Below, piece by piece: positions 23,120 to 35,830 of a stretch of 64,000 nt of DNA. The stretch is from Alloascoidea hylecoeti (Eukaryota): contig BCKZ01000010.1 in NCBI GenBank assembly GCA_001600815.1, positions 681,506 through 745,505 on the forward strand, given 5' to 3'. Both the position numbers and the translations under genes were made by a program. The notes under the pieces are model-generated. The model ran no database searches, was not told where the DNA came from, and saw nothing but the letters and a program-made list of their open reading frames with translations. Every line of letters begins with the position of its first letter. Positions within the stretch are counted from its first letter, which is position 1.

Positions 23120-23285
23120 TTTTGTTTGTTGTAAGAGTGATAAAATCAGCAGTATAGAAATGTAAAATAACCGAAGTGGCAGAAACTAAAAAATACCAGT
23201 GACACGTGATCAATTGATGTTTGGATGTTTTACAAACCTCTTTTTTTACAAATCTTCTCCAATTTTCAAGACCTTTGGAAAAGTA

Positions 23286-24509
23286 ATGTCAGCGTTAGGA
23301 AATCTTTCTCGTGCTTCTCGTGCTGTATCTGGTTTACTGGGCTCAAGCACATTAGTGGCTTCTCAGAAATGTCAGACTGTTTCGATTCTTTCATTTGTTA
23401 GAGGTGCTCATAAGAAAGTTTCTGGTACCTCGAATAACGGCCATAATTCAGCTGGTAGACGTCTCGGTGTGAAAAGAAGTGATGGTATGTTTTTTGCTTG
23501 TTTGTTTATTGAAAGCTTTGTTTACTGATATTATATCCATACAGGACAACAGGTTAAGGCTGGTGAAATCATCGTTAGACAGAGAGGTACAAAGTTGTTC
23601 CCTGGAGAAAATGTGTCAATTGGTAGAGATCATACAATTTTTGCAAATGAGCCAGGTTTTGTTCAATTTTACTTTGATCCTTTCCATCCAAAGAGAAGAC
23701 TTGTTGGAATTGCATTAAGGAAAGATATTAGATTACCACTTCCCCATTGGGAACCAAGAGTTCGAAGATTTGGACATGTTTTACTTGCAGATCCAGTTGA
23801 AAGCAAAAGAGAAATGGATCATATGTCAAGAAAAGAATACCTTGCAACACCTATAATCAAACAAGCGGAAGAAAAAAGAGCCGCAGATAGAGAAGTTAGA
23901 AAAAATAAATGGGCTGAAATTGTACCAAAAATTATAGATCTTCAAGGTGAGGAATTAAATGTTGCTATTAATCGTTTAATTTCTGTCCGTGCTTTCTTGA
24001 GTGGTGGTCGCTCAATTAAAGAGTCAAGAGATCTCACTACTTTTAATTTTACATATGATTTAACTTTAGCTACTCAAAGAGGAGAAATTGCAAAAGAAGT
24101 TGCTGAAAAACAGAAATCTGAATATCTTCAAGTAGCTGAAAAGGTTGACGCGACAACTACTTTTGATTCTCGGTTCCGATTATACAAATCTATTCCAAGT
24201 GATCAAAAAAGACAAAAAGTTACCAAAATTCTGGCAAAGATTGATGAATTATACAAACAACCCACTTTCTCAACATCAGAAACACGGGCTCAAATAGCTG
24301 CATTGATTCATTCAGGATTAATTGATATGCCATTGCGTGTTAAATTAATTAGAAAATATTTGAAGAGATCACCTTCGTTAGAGAGAGATGATGAGATTAC
24401 ACCTTCCAGTAAACAGAAAGAGGTTACAATCAAAAGCTGGAATTATGAGAAGAAGAAGTTGGAAATTATCAAAAGACCATCTGGTGTGTTTCCCCCAGCA
24501 AGTAAATAG
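23286..24509 (+). CDS. MRP7: Mitochondrial ribosomal protein bL27m; exons 23286-23484, 23545-24509
   Basis: Presequence followed by [57 protein letters not shown]; 60-nt GTATGT..TACTGAT..CAG intron. Confidence 0.93.
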
Positions 24510-24593
24510 TATGGTGGAACAGGAACAGGAAGCTTAATTTAAACTATACCAATTGTAAATACAGGATAATAAATATATATAGTTGTATATGCA

Positions 24594-25064
24594 TTATCTC
24601 ACATTAGAGGTTTCATTTTCTTTCCATGTTGACGAGCCGTCCCCATACTCTTCACTTTTCCAAATCTCCGCTTTTTTCTTGATTTCTTCTAATATCCAAG
24701 TAGCAGCAGCCCATCCTTCTTCGCGATGTGTAGCGGTTAATGCAATAATGATACTTTCTTCTCCAACAGGAACCACGCCCAATCGGTGGCCAATTGATAT
24801 TTTGTGTATCTTCTTATTCAATGGAATATCCGTGAACTTTTGCGTCGCCTCAGAAGCAATCCTAGAGAAAGTTTTCAAGGCCATTTTCCTATGGGCTTCA
24901 TATGATAACGAAATGACAGTTTTACTATCAAAAGAATCACGGGTAGTACCTCCGAAATAGATCACCGCACCTGCGCTGTTTTCTCTCACAAAACGCAGGG
25001 CATGTAAAGGGTCCAGAGGATCTTCAGTGAGATAAAGATCAAAGTTTTCAATGCTCCGGCTCAT
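24594..25064 (-). CDS. MOCS2: Molybdopterin synthase catalytic (large) subunit, MoaE/CnxH
   Basis: GAVIYFGGTTRDSF, LSYEAH, HRLGVVPVGEESI, HREEG, EIKKKAEIWKSE. Confidence 0.93.
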   Translation of the reverse strand: MSRSIENFDLYLTEDPLDPLHALRFVRENSAGAVIYFGGTTRDSFDSKTVISLSYEAHRKMALKTFSRIASEATQKFTDIPLNKKIHKISIGHRLGVVPVGEESIIIALTATHREEGWAAATWILEEIKKKAEIWKSEEYGDGSSTWKENETSNVR

Positions 25065-25651
25065 TTGGAGGTACTATACTTATATTATATGCTACTATGT
25101 ATGATGGCATAACAGGAGTATGTGCTGCTACAGTTATGGCATATGCGCAGCGCCCGGCAGTGGAATATATTATTTTAGTCCCACTCACACCTTTTCTTCC
25201 GATAAAAGCATCATCGCGTGTAATATTATCAAAAAAGGGTATGTTGAGCAGAAAATTAAGTGTGACAGGGCTCGGAGAAAATTGAAGAATTTGAAGAAAG
25301 ATTTTATGAAAGAGAGTGATTATTAATGGGGTGGATGGGTATTGAGACAATGATGAGTGTTGTGATGAACTGTTTTGCTGAACCTCTTTGTTTATAAGGA
25401 AGCTTACAAGCATAAAACTTATTTGGGATGGCGGAAGAAACATCAAGAGCACATTATAATGGGCTAAATGACTGGACGTTCTTTAACTTGAAATTTGCTG
25501 ACTTTTCTACATCTCACATCTCAATTCGCATTCACTGCAAATTGTTTAAACAAGCACAGTTCATTTCTCTTTTTTTCACCCCAATCTCACCATTCAACTG
25601 AGACTAATATGTCATTAGTGTTTTTGACCATATATATACCATACGGAGATA

Positions 25652-27379
25652 ATGTGTAAGTTGGAGTAGTTAGATCTGGTCTCACCCTTTACGGAATTAA
25701 AATGCTAATGTTGGTAATTTTATAACAGCTGATTATTCAAGAGATGTATGTTTATGAATTGTTTTCCATTTATTGAGCTTTTCTCAATTCACCCAATTGA
25801 TATTGCAATTGAGTTTAACAACTCTTTATAGAGAGATTCAAGGAGTACTTTCAGAGATAGATCTCCAGGAAGAAGGGGATATAGTCGATCTCCTCCCCCA
25901 AGAGATTCTTCAAGACATCGTTCAAGATCTCCAAGAAGATCATTTGGTGCACCTTATCGTGATGACAGACAAGGAGGTGGTGATCAAGACACTCGCGTTT
26001 ACGTTGGGAATTTGGCTTACTCCGTCAGATGGTCTGACCTAAAAGATCATTTTAGACAAGGTTGGTATTCAACTATTCATACTATGATAGTTCATCTTAT
26101 ATTAACATTTTATTCATAATAATAGCTGGTGAAGTTGTTCATGCTGATGTTTTGAAAAATTTCGAAGGAAGATCTAAGGTAAGAAATTTAAAAAATGAAA
26201 AAAAAAAAAGATTAAATATTTCTGAGCAATGCTAACAGTTTATTATCATTAGGGATGCGGGTATGTTTTTAAAGTAACGAAAAAACAATTGAAGGGAAAC
26301 TCAAGTTTCTAATATCATATCTTATAAATAGTATTGTCGAATTTGCAAACTCCGCTGATGCTAGAAGAGCTGTAGAAACTCTCACCAATACCGACCTTTT
26401 AGGCCGTTCAATCTTTGTCCGTGAGGTAGGTTTAATTTAACGTCTATTAATCAAAAAAAAAAAAAAAAAAAATATCATCATATTAACTATTTTGACATAG
26501 GATCGTGTTGGTTCGCGTGGCCCACCACCACCTTCCTACCGAGGAAGAGGACCTCCACCGGGTGGCCCCCCAGGAGGTGGTTTCAGAGGACCTCCAAGAG
26601 AAAGAGGTTCACAATTATTTGTTGGAAATCTTCCATTCAATGTTGGTTGGAGAGAATTAAAGGATTTATTCCGAGATGCAGGAGAGGTTGCCCGTGCCGA
26701 TGTTAAGACTTTATATAATGGTAGATCTAAAGGTAATGGTATAGTTGCGTTTGAAACTGCCGCAGATGCTAGAGTTGCCATTGAAAGATTTAATGGTTAT
26801 AACTGGATGGGTAGAAGAATTGAAGTCCGTGAGGATAGATTCAGTGATGCTCCTCCTCGTGGTTTCCATCCTCCACCAGGATCTTTTCCTCCAAGAGAAA
26901 GACGACCTCCTAATGCTTTCACTGATGGTGTCACCGGTAACGGAGAACCTGGTCAAATAATATTTGTAGGAAATCTACCTTGGACAACTACAAATCAAGA
27001 TTTATTGGAATTATTTGAAACTGTTGGTCAAGTTGAACGTGCTGAAATACAATTTGAACCATATGGAAGATCTTCTGGAAATGGTGTTGTTAAATTTGAT
27101 ACACAAGAAACAGCTGAATTAGCAATTAGCAAGTTTTCAGCTTATGTTTATGGTAATCGTCCACTTAATTTATCCTATGCTCAATACGCAAATATTGATG
27201 GTCCATCTCGTGATCAACCACCACCATTTGCTAATAATGCTGCTCCTGTTGCTCCTACCCAAGCACCTGCCTTTTCATCTGGGACTGTTACTGATCCAAT
27301 GCAATCAGCATCCTCTGCATCTGCCGAATTTGGCGATAATCATGCTAATAATAACATGAATGATATTGAATTAAGCTAG
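25652..27379 (+). CDS. GBP2: SR-like three-RRM mRNA-binding protein Gbp2/Hrb1; exons 25652-25655, 25729-25745, 25832-26060, 26126-26178, 26253-26260, 26332-26425, 26501-27379
   Basis: RS/RD-rich N-terminus; RRMs VYVGNLAYSVRWSDLKDHF, LFVGNLPFNVGWRELKDLF, IFVGNLPW. Six GT-AG introns keep the frame and rebuild SKGCGIVEF. Confidence 0.88.
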
Positions 27380-27748
27380 ATTATTTATGCAAGTTGGTAG
27401 GAGCTTAAGTGTATTATTTGCTTAGCCTTTATATTAGCGATTTGAGCACTTTAGTGTAGTAATATAGAGAAGAATTAAATGTATATTTTTTATTTATGTT
27501 TGAAGAAATAAATTAAAACTTTATAATTAGAGGGATCTATGTATTTTCATAATTCTCCTTTAGACTGCAAAATATTTGTCCAGGTTTAACTTATCTTAAA
27601 AGTTATTACTAGGTCTACGTAATACGTATATTATTGATATTTTGCACATATATTAATTGATAATAGTTTATTAAAAACTATTTAAGCTAAAGCTAATATA
27701 GAAGGAGTTTTTTTTTTTTTTTTTTGTAAATTTTATGTTTTCTGATTT

Positions 27749-30700
27749 TTATTTTTTATTTTCTAAATTTAACGGTTCGGGTGCTTTAAATCTCATAGTT
27801 TGTCCTTCATGATAAATTTTTAACAATTCAGGGAAAAAAATTCCTTTAGATTGTAATTCTAAATATTTATGATATAATAACAATGTAGTTTTTGCATCTT
27901 CAATTGAATCATGATTATGCATTTGAACTTTTAAATCAAGTGCAATATATGCCAAGAATCTTAATGATAATTTCCTTTGCCATGATTTTAAATAATATAT
28001 TAATGATGTATCACGAACTTGTTGTGGTGGTATATGAATATTAATAATTCTAAAATCACTTGCAAGACCATGACCAACAAAAACACACCCAAGATTTAAT
28101 AATAGCCATAATCGTCTATAGGCAGTTTCTAAAGTGACTAAAGAACGTCTTGAAACCCGTGGATCTAAATCACCAGGTTCTATACCAGAATAAGCAGTTA
28201 AATAATCTTGGATATGAGCAGAAGTTGAAATATAATCATCGATGAATGGTTTACCAAATAATGAATCATCTTTATTTCCACGTAGAACAGACACACGGGC
28301 TAAACTTAATCGTTTCGGTCTAATTGTACTTCGAGTACCATCACTTCTGATTTCAATTTTTTCAGACTCTAACGATACAAATTCAGCATCAATTGCAATT
28401 AATGAACCCGGTTTGGGTGCTTCTTGTCTAGTTAATAATTCATATTCAATAATTTTATCTCTTCTTGTACCAACAGCAAAATGATCTCTATATAAGATCG
28501 ATTCATCTAAATTTTTCCTCCATGAAACATAATCAAATAATTGAAGTTGATTATTATCAATCGTAGATTTTGATTTAAAATTTTCAACTTTTTGATACAT
28601 TAATATAACTGGGATTTTCCAAGTATATTGTAGATTCAATGCTTCAGATTCAGAAATTGGGTTTACTAAGAAATCATTAAATAAATGCCATGTTTTCTTC
28701 ATGTTTGATGTATCATCACCTGCTGTTGGAATATTTATAAACGAAATTAGATGATTATCATCTTCATTTGTAGAAACAATTTCTGCAACGTATCCTACCA
28801 ATTCATATTTTTCAACAGTAACATCATTTTCCGTTCTTGTTATTGTGATATTAGAAGAATTTAATTTAGGATCATTAACGTAAAATTCAGGTACAAGCCA
28901 ATTTTTAGAAGTATGAATTTTTGAAATTTCATCGTCAGTAATATCAACATTCATTGATAAAACATTTGGTAATTTGTTAATGGATTTAATTGTTTCCATT
29001 GTTTGATATTTTTTACATTTATTACACCATCCTCTCGTTTGAAATTTCTTCTTCATTGAATCTTCCAAGAAAGTAAATGAGTCGAATATTTGTTGCGAGG
29101 AGGAGTTTGAATTGATTGTAGATGATGGTGGAGAAGAAATATTAATTGTATAAACCATTGATCTTTTTGAACGTATAGAACCACAATTTACACCTCGAAC
29201 ATCAGTATTAAGATCAATTCCTAATATATCATCTAATATCCCCTTATTATTTTCAAGATCATGTTCATTTTCATTGATATTAGTTTTATCTTCTTCATTT
29301 TTATTTTTATTTTTATTGTTATTTTTATTGTTATTTTTATTTTTATTTTCATTTCCATTTCCATTTCCATTTCCATTATTATTTGATTTATTTCCTTTCT
29401 TTTCATCATTAGCTAATTTCTCCAATAAAAATCTGTTAAATGAATGAATTAAAACCCTTAAACCTAAAGGATCTTTTGGTCCTTCTTCTTGAATTAGTCC
29501 TAAAACTTGAGCCTCGGGAACTTTGCAAAAAGCTAATTGAAAATTTGATGGTATACAATGAACGCCATTTCCTTTATATAACATATCAAATAAATAACCC
29601 AATTGAACAATTAAATTTAAATTTTCTCCTCCAATTGTAGTACCATCATTGAATAATTTATTTTCAATTTTATTATTATCATCATTATTATATTCAAGAT
29701 GTTCATCTTTTAAATAATCAATAACAAAATTGAAAATAAAAGGACAAAATCTTAATAATTGTAATAAAGGATTTGAATAATAATTAATAATATGAGTTTC
29801 TAAACCAGAATATTTTGTTTTATTATAAAAATCAAAATCAAAATCATCAACACCAAATTTACTATATAAAATTTCTAATTTATTGTACATATTGGGGACT
29901 ATATTTGAATCTAATTGAATATCTTCATTAAAATAATCATCAGTTTTAATAACATCGAATATATTTGAAGCTAAATTTGAATTTGAATTTGAATTACTGT
30001 TTAGGGAATGATGATTATTGTTCTTGTTATTAACATTGTTATTATTATTATTAGTTGTAATATTAGAATTGATATCATTCTTATCACTAATATTATTATT
30101 AGTGTCATTATAAGAACCATTATAAAGTCTTCTCTTTTGTTGTTCAGATATAAATTTTGGTATATTATTATCATCTTTATTTTTGTTTTTATCTAAACTT
30201 TTATAATGAGTTGTTAAATTTCTTTTACCATATTTTTTTTTATCATATGGAGCAAACCCAATAAAATCAACCATTTTAACATTTTTAATAATATCATTAT
30301 CAATTGGTTTAGATGGCATTGAATCAACTGAATTAAATACCATATTATGATTCCAAGCTGATAATAATGGTTCACGGTAGTAAGGTAAACCAACTGAATT
30401 TAATGCAACATCATCATTTATTGAAAATATAGCTTCTTTTGAATTTGAATCCTGAATAGTTGGATATTCTAATGGTTGTGATGAAAATGAGAATTGTTTG
30501 GTATGATTATGGTTATGATTACCATTTCTATTACTTGTTGTCATTGGAGATTTCAATGAACCATTATTTTTTGCCCCATCATAATCAATTACAACACTAG
30601 ATGATGGTGGATCTTTCCTTTCATTAGACAGCACATGTAAATTTGAATAACCATCTAAAACAGCAATATAATCACCAGTATTACAATAATTTAAAGAATT

Positions 30701-31740
30701 TATAAATGTTGGTACTTCAACCTGAAAAACGCTCGTTTCCTCTGGATTAAACATATCAACACTATGAATCAACCCAGATGATGAAGCAATTAAACATTTA
30801 CTGGAAAACATTGGATGTAACTTAACAAAAGAAGCACCTGAAGGGAAAGAAATTGGGGTTAATGATCTTAAGAATCGTAAATCATAGACATTAACCAAAG
30901 TATCTGGTACCAAGACATCATTTCTTAGTGAAGCTCCACAAGTTAATAAAGTTGTATCATTACAATCTATACCTGATAATATTCCAGAATGTGCTTGTAA
31001 AGTTTTTGTTATTGACATTGTACGAGTATCGAGTAAATCAATTAGACCATCATCTCGTCCTATACATGCCGTTCTACCATTAGAACACATTAAAGAAGTG
31101 TCATGAGTATAAGGAATATTGGAAGTAATTTTAGATTTCTCAAGATCAACTGTGATTAATTTTTTCATAGAACCAGATAAAACTACAGATGTTTGATCAA
31201 TATTTGAATAAGCCATGCTTGTAAGGAAAGTGAATTGTGGGTCCCTAAATGATCCCATCTGTTAGTACTAAATATATATTTTATAAATATATATTTATAA
31301 TTACCTCATGACGAGTTTTGGAATACCACGTCTGTTAGTGAACCTCAATGAATCCGATCCAATGGAAACAATTCCTTGTAAATGTTGCAACAATTGTGAG
31401 ACTTGAGAATCGTGTCCTTTAAATGAGACATATCGAGAGACATTATTAGCATCAAAAGAGGAGATAAATCCCTATTAAAGCAGAATCAAGCAGGTTAATA
31501 ACAAATGAAAAAATTGGCAAGAAGAAGTTATAATAAACATACTTTTGTGTCACCAACCCATATTAAATCTGAAACGGTATCAAAGATCACCTTTGTTGAT
31601 ACAGACGGTGATATTGAATGAAGGGGATTTTTATTTGTTCTTGATGTTGTGATACACCAATTCTACAACAAGCGGTTAGAATTTTAGTAATAAATAGCCG
31701 AGGAAAAGAGGTTCGTTCTTACTTCTTGCCAAATCTCCAT
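27749..31740 (-). CDS. PAN2: PAN2-PAN3 deadenylase catalytic subunit; exons 31740-31723, 31662-31543, 31471-31305, 31244-27749
   Basis: WD40 N-terminus, YSKFGVDDFDF, pseudo-USP domain, DEDD exonuclease (AIDAEFV, FVGHGL.SDF, HDSIEDA). Three phase-compatible introns; Asn-rich insertions. Confidence 0.93.
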
Positions 31741-32001
31741 AATCGTTATCGAAGGTTTGTAAAACCTTTTGAGCAATTGATTCTTCTGATACAAAGAAAA
31801 GTGTACGGGTGTATTCCTGGGTCACTACAAAACATCGAATTCGTTGGAATATCAACAAATTTTATAAAAAAAAAGAAATTAGAGGGAGAAATTGATTTAA
31901 TTTATATATTTCAGGGTTACCAATAGTATAACATTAATTTAATTCGATAGTATATAATATATGATTATACAAAGTCTAGAATCAACTATTAATATTAGTA
32001 T

Positions 32002-34328
32002 TTACCACCAAAGTAATCTATCTGCATCTTTAATAACAGTCTGAGATAATTTCTTAAAATACAATCTCTCATTTCCTTCTTTATATTTTTGGAATAATTC
32101 ATTTAAATCTTCTTTTCCTTTCCCATTATTTGTATTATTGTTAATATTAGGTAATGATAAAGTATCATAACCTTGTTTTATAACTTGTTCAACTTCATCA
32201 CTTGAAGAGAAATTAATATTTTTAACTTGCACTGTATTATCATTTTCACTATTTTGATCATTATTAGCATTATTATTATTTTTTGGATTTGAATAATGTG
32301 AAATAATGTCTAATAATACAATTGCAACTTTGGAATTTTTTAAATTTATAAATTGTTCCAATATAAGTTTATTTAAAATTAAATTTGATTGTAATAATTT
32401 ATAAAATAAATCATCATAATGTTGTTGTTTTTCAATAAATATATCTCCATTTTTTAAACATTGATATAAAATTAAAAATAATGATTCAACCACAAATTGT
32501 AAATCTTTTTTTGATGGAGCTTTTAATTTACTTTTTTGTGTTTGTGTTGTTAAACTTTTTAATAATGTATCATTAATATTTGATGAATTTTTTGTACCAA
32601 TTGTTGAAATACTTTCTTGACTATCATTATTATTAGAAATAGTTAAATTATTATAAAAAACTTCATATTGTGATGATATAAATTTAAATAATTGAAATAT
32701 AGTCTCCCATAAATCATCCCAATTATAGTCGATTCTAATATTTTCAATTTTTAAAAAATTTATTAAATGATATAAATTAATAATATCCAACTTAAAATCT
32801 TCAATATTAAATCTTCTTGTTAAATTAAAACGAATTAAAATTTGTATTGAATCTAAAAATCCATCAATTGACAATTCGATTGAATCTTTATATTTTAATG
32901 GTGGATTTTTATGCCGACAAATAAATAAATGATTTTTTAAATTTTCATTAATTAATTCTTTTGTTAAATCATAATCATTAACAAAACATCTCATTATTAA
33001 TAAACATAATCTTGTATAAATTCTTGCTCTTTCATTTTTATGCTGATATTGAAATAAAAAAGAAGTAAATGAAAAAAAATTAAATAATGGTGAAATTTCT
33101 TTTTCATTATTTTCTTCTTGTTCTTGTTGTTGATATTGATCAAAATTTAAAAATAATAAACAAAATGATTTATTTAAATGAATTAAATCATAAATCATTA
33201 ATAATGATATAATTTCTTCAGATGGTAAAAATTTATAATTTGGTACATCAGTAACAGTTGTTGAAATAGATATAATATTTTCTTTATTTAAATCATTATT
33301 AACAATTAATTGATCTGATTTTTTATTATTCCATCCAATAAAATTCCAAAATATATCAGATAATGAATTAATTTCTTGTATATTTGTACCTAAATCAGAA
33401 TATTCAATTAATTGAATTTTAAAAATATAATTAATTGTATTAATAATATTAATACCTGTTATTAAATCATTTCCATTTCCATTTTCATTTTTTGTAAAAT
33501 TTAAATTTGTTAATTTATGTAAATAAGGATTTTGAGATTGTAATTTATCAAAATTTGATAAAATTCCTAATAATGATAATATTTGACATTTTACTTTAAT
33601 AACTGTTTCTTCATCATTAAAATAATCATTTTTAACATTTTCATCACAACAATGATTTAATAAATTTATTGAGCAATCAAAAAAATCAATTTGAAAGAAA
33701 AAACTTGTTAAACTTGATTGATAACTACCTCTCGCAACGATTAAAATAGTTTGTAAAGCAGCCGCTTTTATAGAATAATTAACATTATCATCTTCTTGTG
33801 TTTGTGTTTGTGATTGATCGATAGTTAAAAAGCCTTGTAATTTTTTTAAAAAATCAAAAAATACAGAATCAATTTTATCTAAGCCAACCAATATATCAAT
33901 TACATCAGAACTATTATGAAAATTTTTATGAAATAAACAATTTAAAAAAATCCCTAATATATTAATTGTATTTTCCGAAATTTCTAAATTTGAATCATTT
34001 AAATAAGTATAAATTCCTTTTTTAAATAATAAACGAATCGTTGATTTATATTGTAAAACTTGTGAAGTTGATAAATTTTGAAAAGTGGCTGTTAACGATG
34101 GACGATGAAATTTTAATATGAAAAATTCATTCCAATAGTTTTCATCGGTTGGTGGATCTATATTCTATAATATATTAAAAAGATTAGTTTTCATAATGTT
34201 TAGGTGTCCATAAAGATACGTACAAAGAATAATCTACCATATACGGATATCACTTTTGGTTGAAGCTGACCCCGAGGTAACTGATGAAGAGGTGAGAAAT
34301 TCATAGCATCTGGATCATTTGAAGCCAT
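32002..34328 (-). CDS. ARMH3/C10orf76 (UPF0668, DUF1741)-like protein; exons 34328-34224, 34164-32002
   Basis: PKVISVYGRLF|..YWNEFFILK N-terminus after removing a GTACGT..TAG intron; QNPY, LFQYQHK..RARIY, GDIFI...YDDLFYKL. Confidence 0.75.
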
Positions 34329-34534
34329 TTTATAAGGTTGATTATAAATATATAAGCTATTTGGATGAAGTACTAAACATTATGTTTCGATAAGTTGCAA
34401 TTGACAAGGAGGTTACCCGTCGATGCCGTTACATTAAAATTTAAAAGTATTAAATAAAGATAAAAATAAAGATAAAAATAAAAATAAAAATAAAATCTAT
34501 TAAGAATCAAAAATCAAAAATATCAAAAATTAAA

Positions 34535-35830
34535 TTAAACCACAGCACTTATATCCCCGACATTCCCAGCAACACTTGAAGTAACATTATCATTATCACG
34601 TTCATCATTTCCATTTCCATTTCCATTTCCATTTCCATTTCCATTTCCATTTTCATTTTCATTTAATTCATTTTCATTATTATGACTTATATATGAAGAT
34701 ATTGAATGCGAAGCTTGACGAACTCTATCACCAAAATATCTAAAAAATCCAAAAGATTCAAAATGAGGAGGATGAAGATTCCAACGTATAGTAGAATTTG
34801 TAGAATTTGTAGCAGAATCTGAATCAGATGATATATTAGGTGTTATAGTACCATACTGATTATTTTGATTTTCCGTATTAGCCAATAGTCGTAATTCTTC
34901 ATCATTATTACTACTAGTACTAGTTTGTTGAGTTATATCCCGTTTACATATAGGACAAGTTTTATGATGATCAATTAACCATCTTCTAACACATTCTTCA
35001 TGAAATTCATGATCACAAGGTAACTTCATAATTAAGGACTCCCCATTTTTATAAGGATCTAAACATATAACACATTCTTTCGTTGAAGACCAAGATGGAT
35101 GAGATTCATGATTTGAATTTGAACCTTGATAAATCCAAGTTGGTAAAGAATTAACAATTTTTGGAGGAGCTCTTTCACGGCGCTTTATTAGTTGACGGCG
35201 GGTTACCAATAAGATATAAATCAAGGCAATTGAAAACACAGGAGATACCAATAAAAATAGTAAAGTATCTAAAATGGTAGAAGGACTTGAATCGGAGATT
35301 ATCGTGACTTCTTTGATGTTTTCGGCTGAAGATTTCAATAAATTGTAGGAATATCTCGATATGAAAACTGAAGGAACAGTGACTTCTCCAGTATCGTTCT
35401 GGGCGTACATTGTGACCAAAGATCCGTACTCGTTATCGCCCACAATGACGGCATCTGCACCCATTTTTTGTATGTTGAGAACCTTTGTATAAAAATTGCA
35501 GCCTCCTCGTTGAACAACGGCGATTTTCCCACGCAGCGAGCCACCAGAATCGCCCTGGTAGTGGTCCAGATAGGCTGGGGGGTCAGGGGCGGAACAGCCA
35601 AGGGTCGAGACCAGAGCCATGGGCCCGTGTATCCCCTCAGTTTGGTTGATCTCCGGACCAAAAGTGGCTTGTCTGGCTTGCATTGGGTCCAGGACCTCGG
35701 AATAGACAACGGCAGACATGGGGACGAGGGCAGGCGGAAGATCGGAGTCCACTAGAGCCACCCACACAGAAACCACCGATAACACGAAAACAGCACCCAC
35801 AAAAAGAATCCGCGGCAGAACTGACGGCAT
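34535..35830 (-). CDS. PA-domain/TM/RING-H2 ubiquitin ligase (RNF13/RMR-like)
   Basis: Signal-like MPSVLPRILFVGAVFVL, PA domain (ATFGP, GKIAVVQRGGCNF..KV), TM helix, CVICLD..LPCDHEFHEECVRRWL..TCPICK. Start taken at 35830 rather than 36094. Confidence 0.9.
   Translation of the reverse strand: MPSVLPRILFVGAVFVLSVVSVWVALVDSDLPPALVPMSAVVYSEVLDPMQARQATFGPEINQTEGIHGPMALVSTLGCSAPDPPAYLDHYQGDSGGSLRGKIAVVQRGGCNFYTKVLNIQKMGADAVIVGDNEYGSLVTMYAQNDTGEVTVPSVFISRYSYNLLKSSAENIKEVTIISDSSPSTILDTLLFLLVSPVFSIALIYILLVTRRQLIKRRERAPPKIVNSLPTWIYQGSNSNHESHPSWSSTKECVICLDPYKNGESLIMKLPCDHEFHEECVRRWLIDHHKTCPICKRDITQQTSTSSNNDEELRLLANTENQNNQYGTITPNISSDSDSATNSTNSTIRWNLHPPHFESFGFFRYFGDRVRQASHSISSYISHNNENELNENENGNGNGNGNGNGNGNDERDNDNVTSSVAGNVGDISAVV

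Noticed and set aside
23170..23210. CCGAA plus ATCACGTG as a point centromere (CDEIII/CDEI)
   Set aside because: Wrong relative orientation, only about 30 bp apart, and inside a divergent promoter.
25048..25452. Minus-strand 134-aa ORF overlapping the MOCS2B start and ending ISIVPPNEPEH, considered as a bicistronic MOCS2A
   Set aside because: No C-terminal GG/SG motif and no MoaD-like N-terminus; probably UTR/promoter sequence.
31281..31300. 20-bp AT-only palindrome in PAN2 intron 3
   Set aside because: Low-complexity AT sequence; likely chance or slippage.
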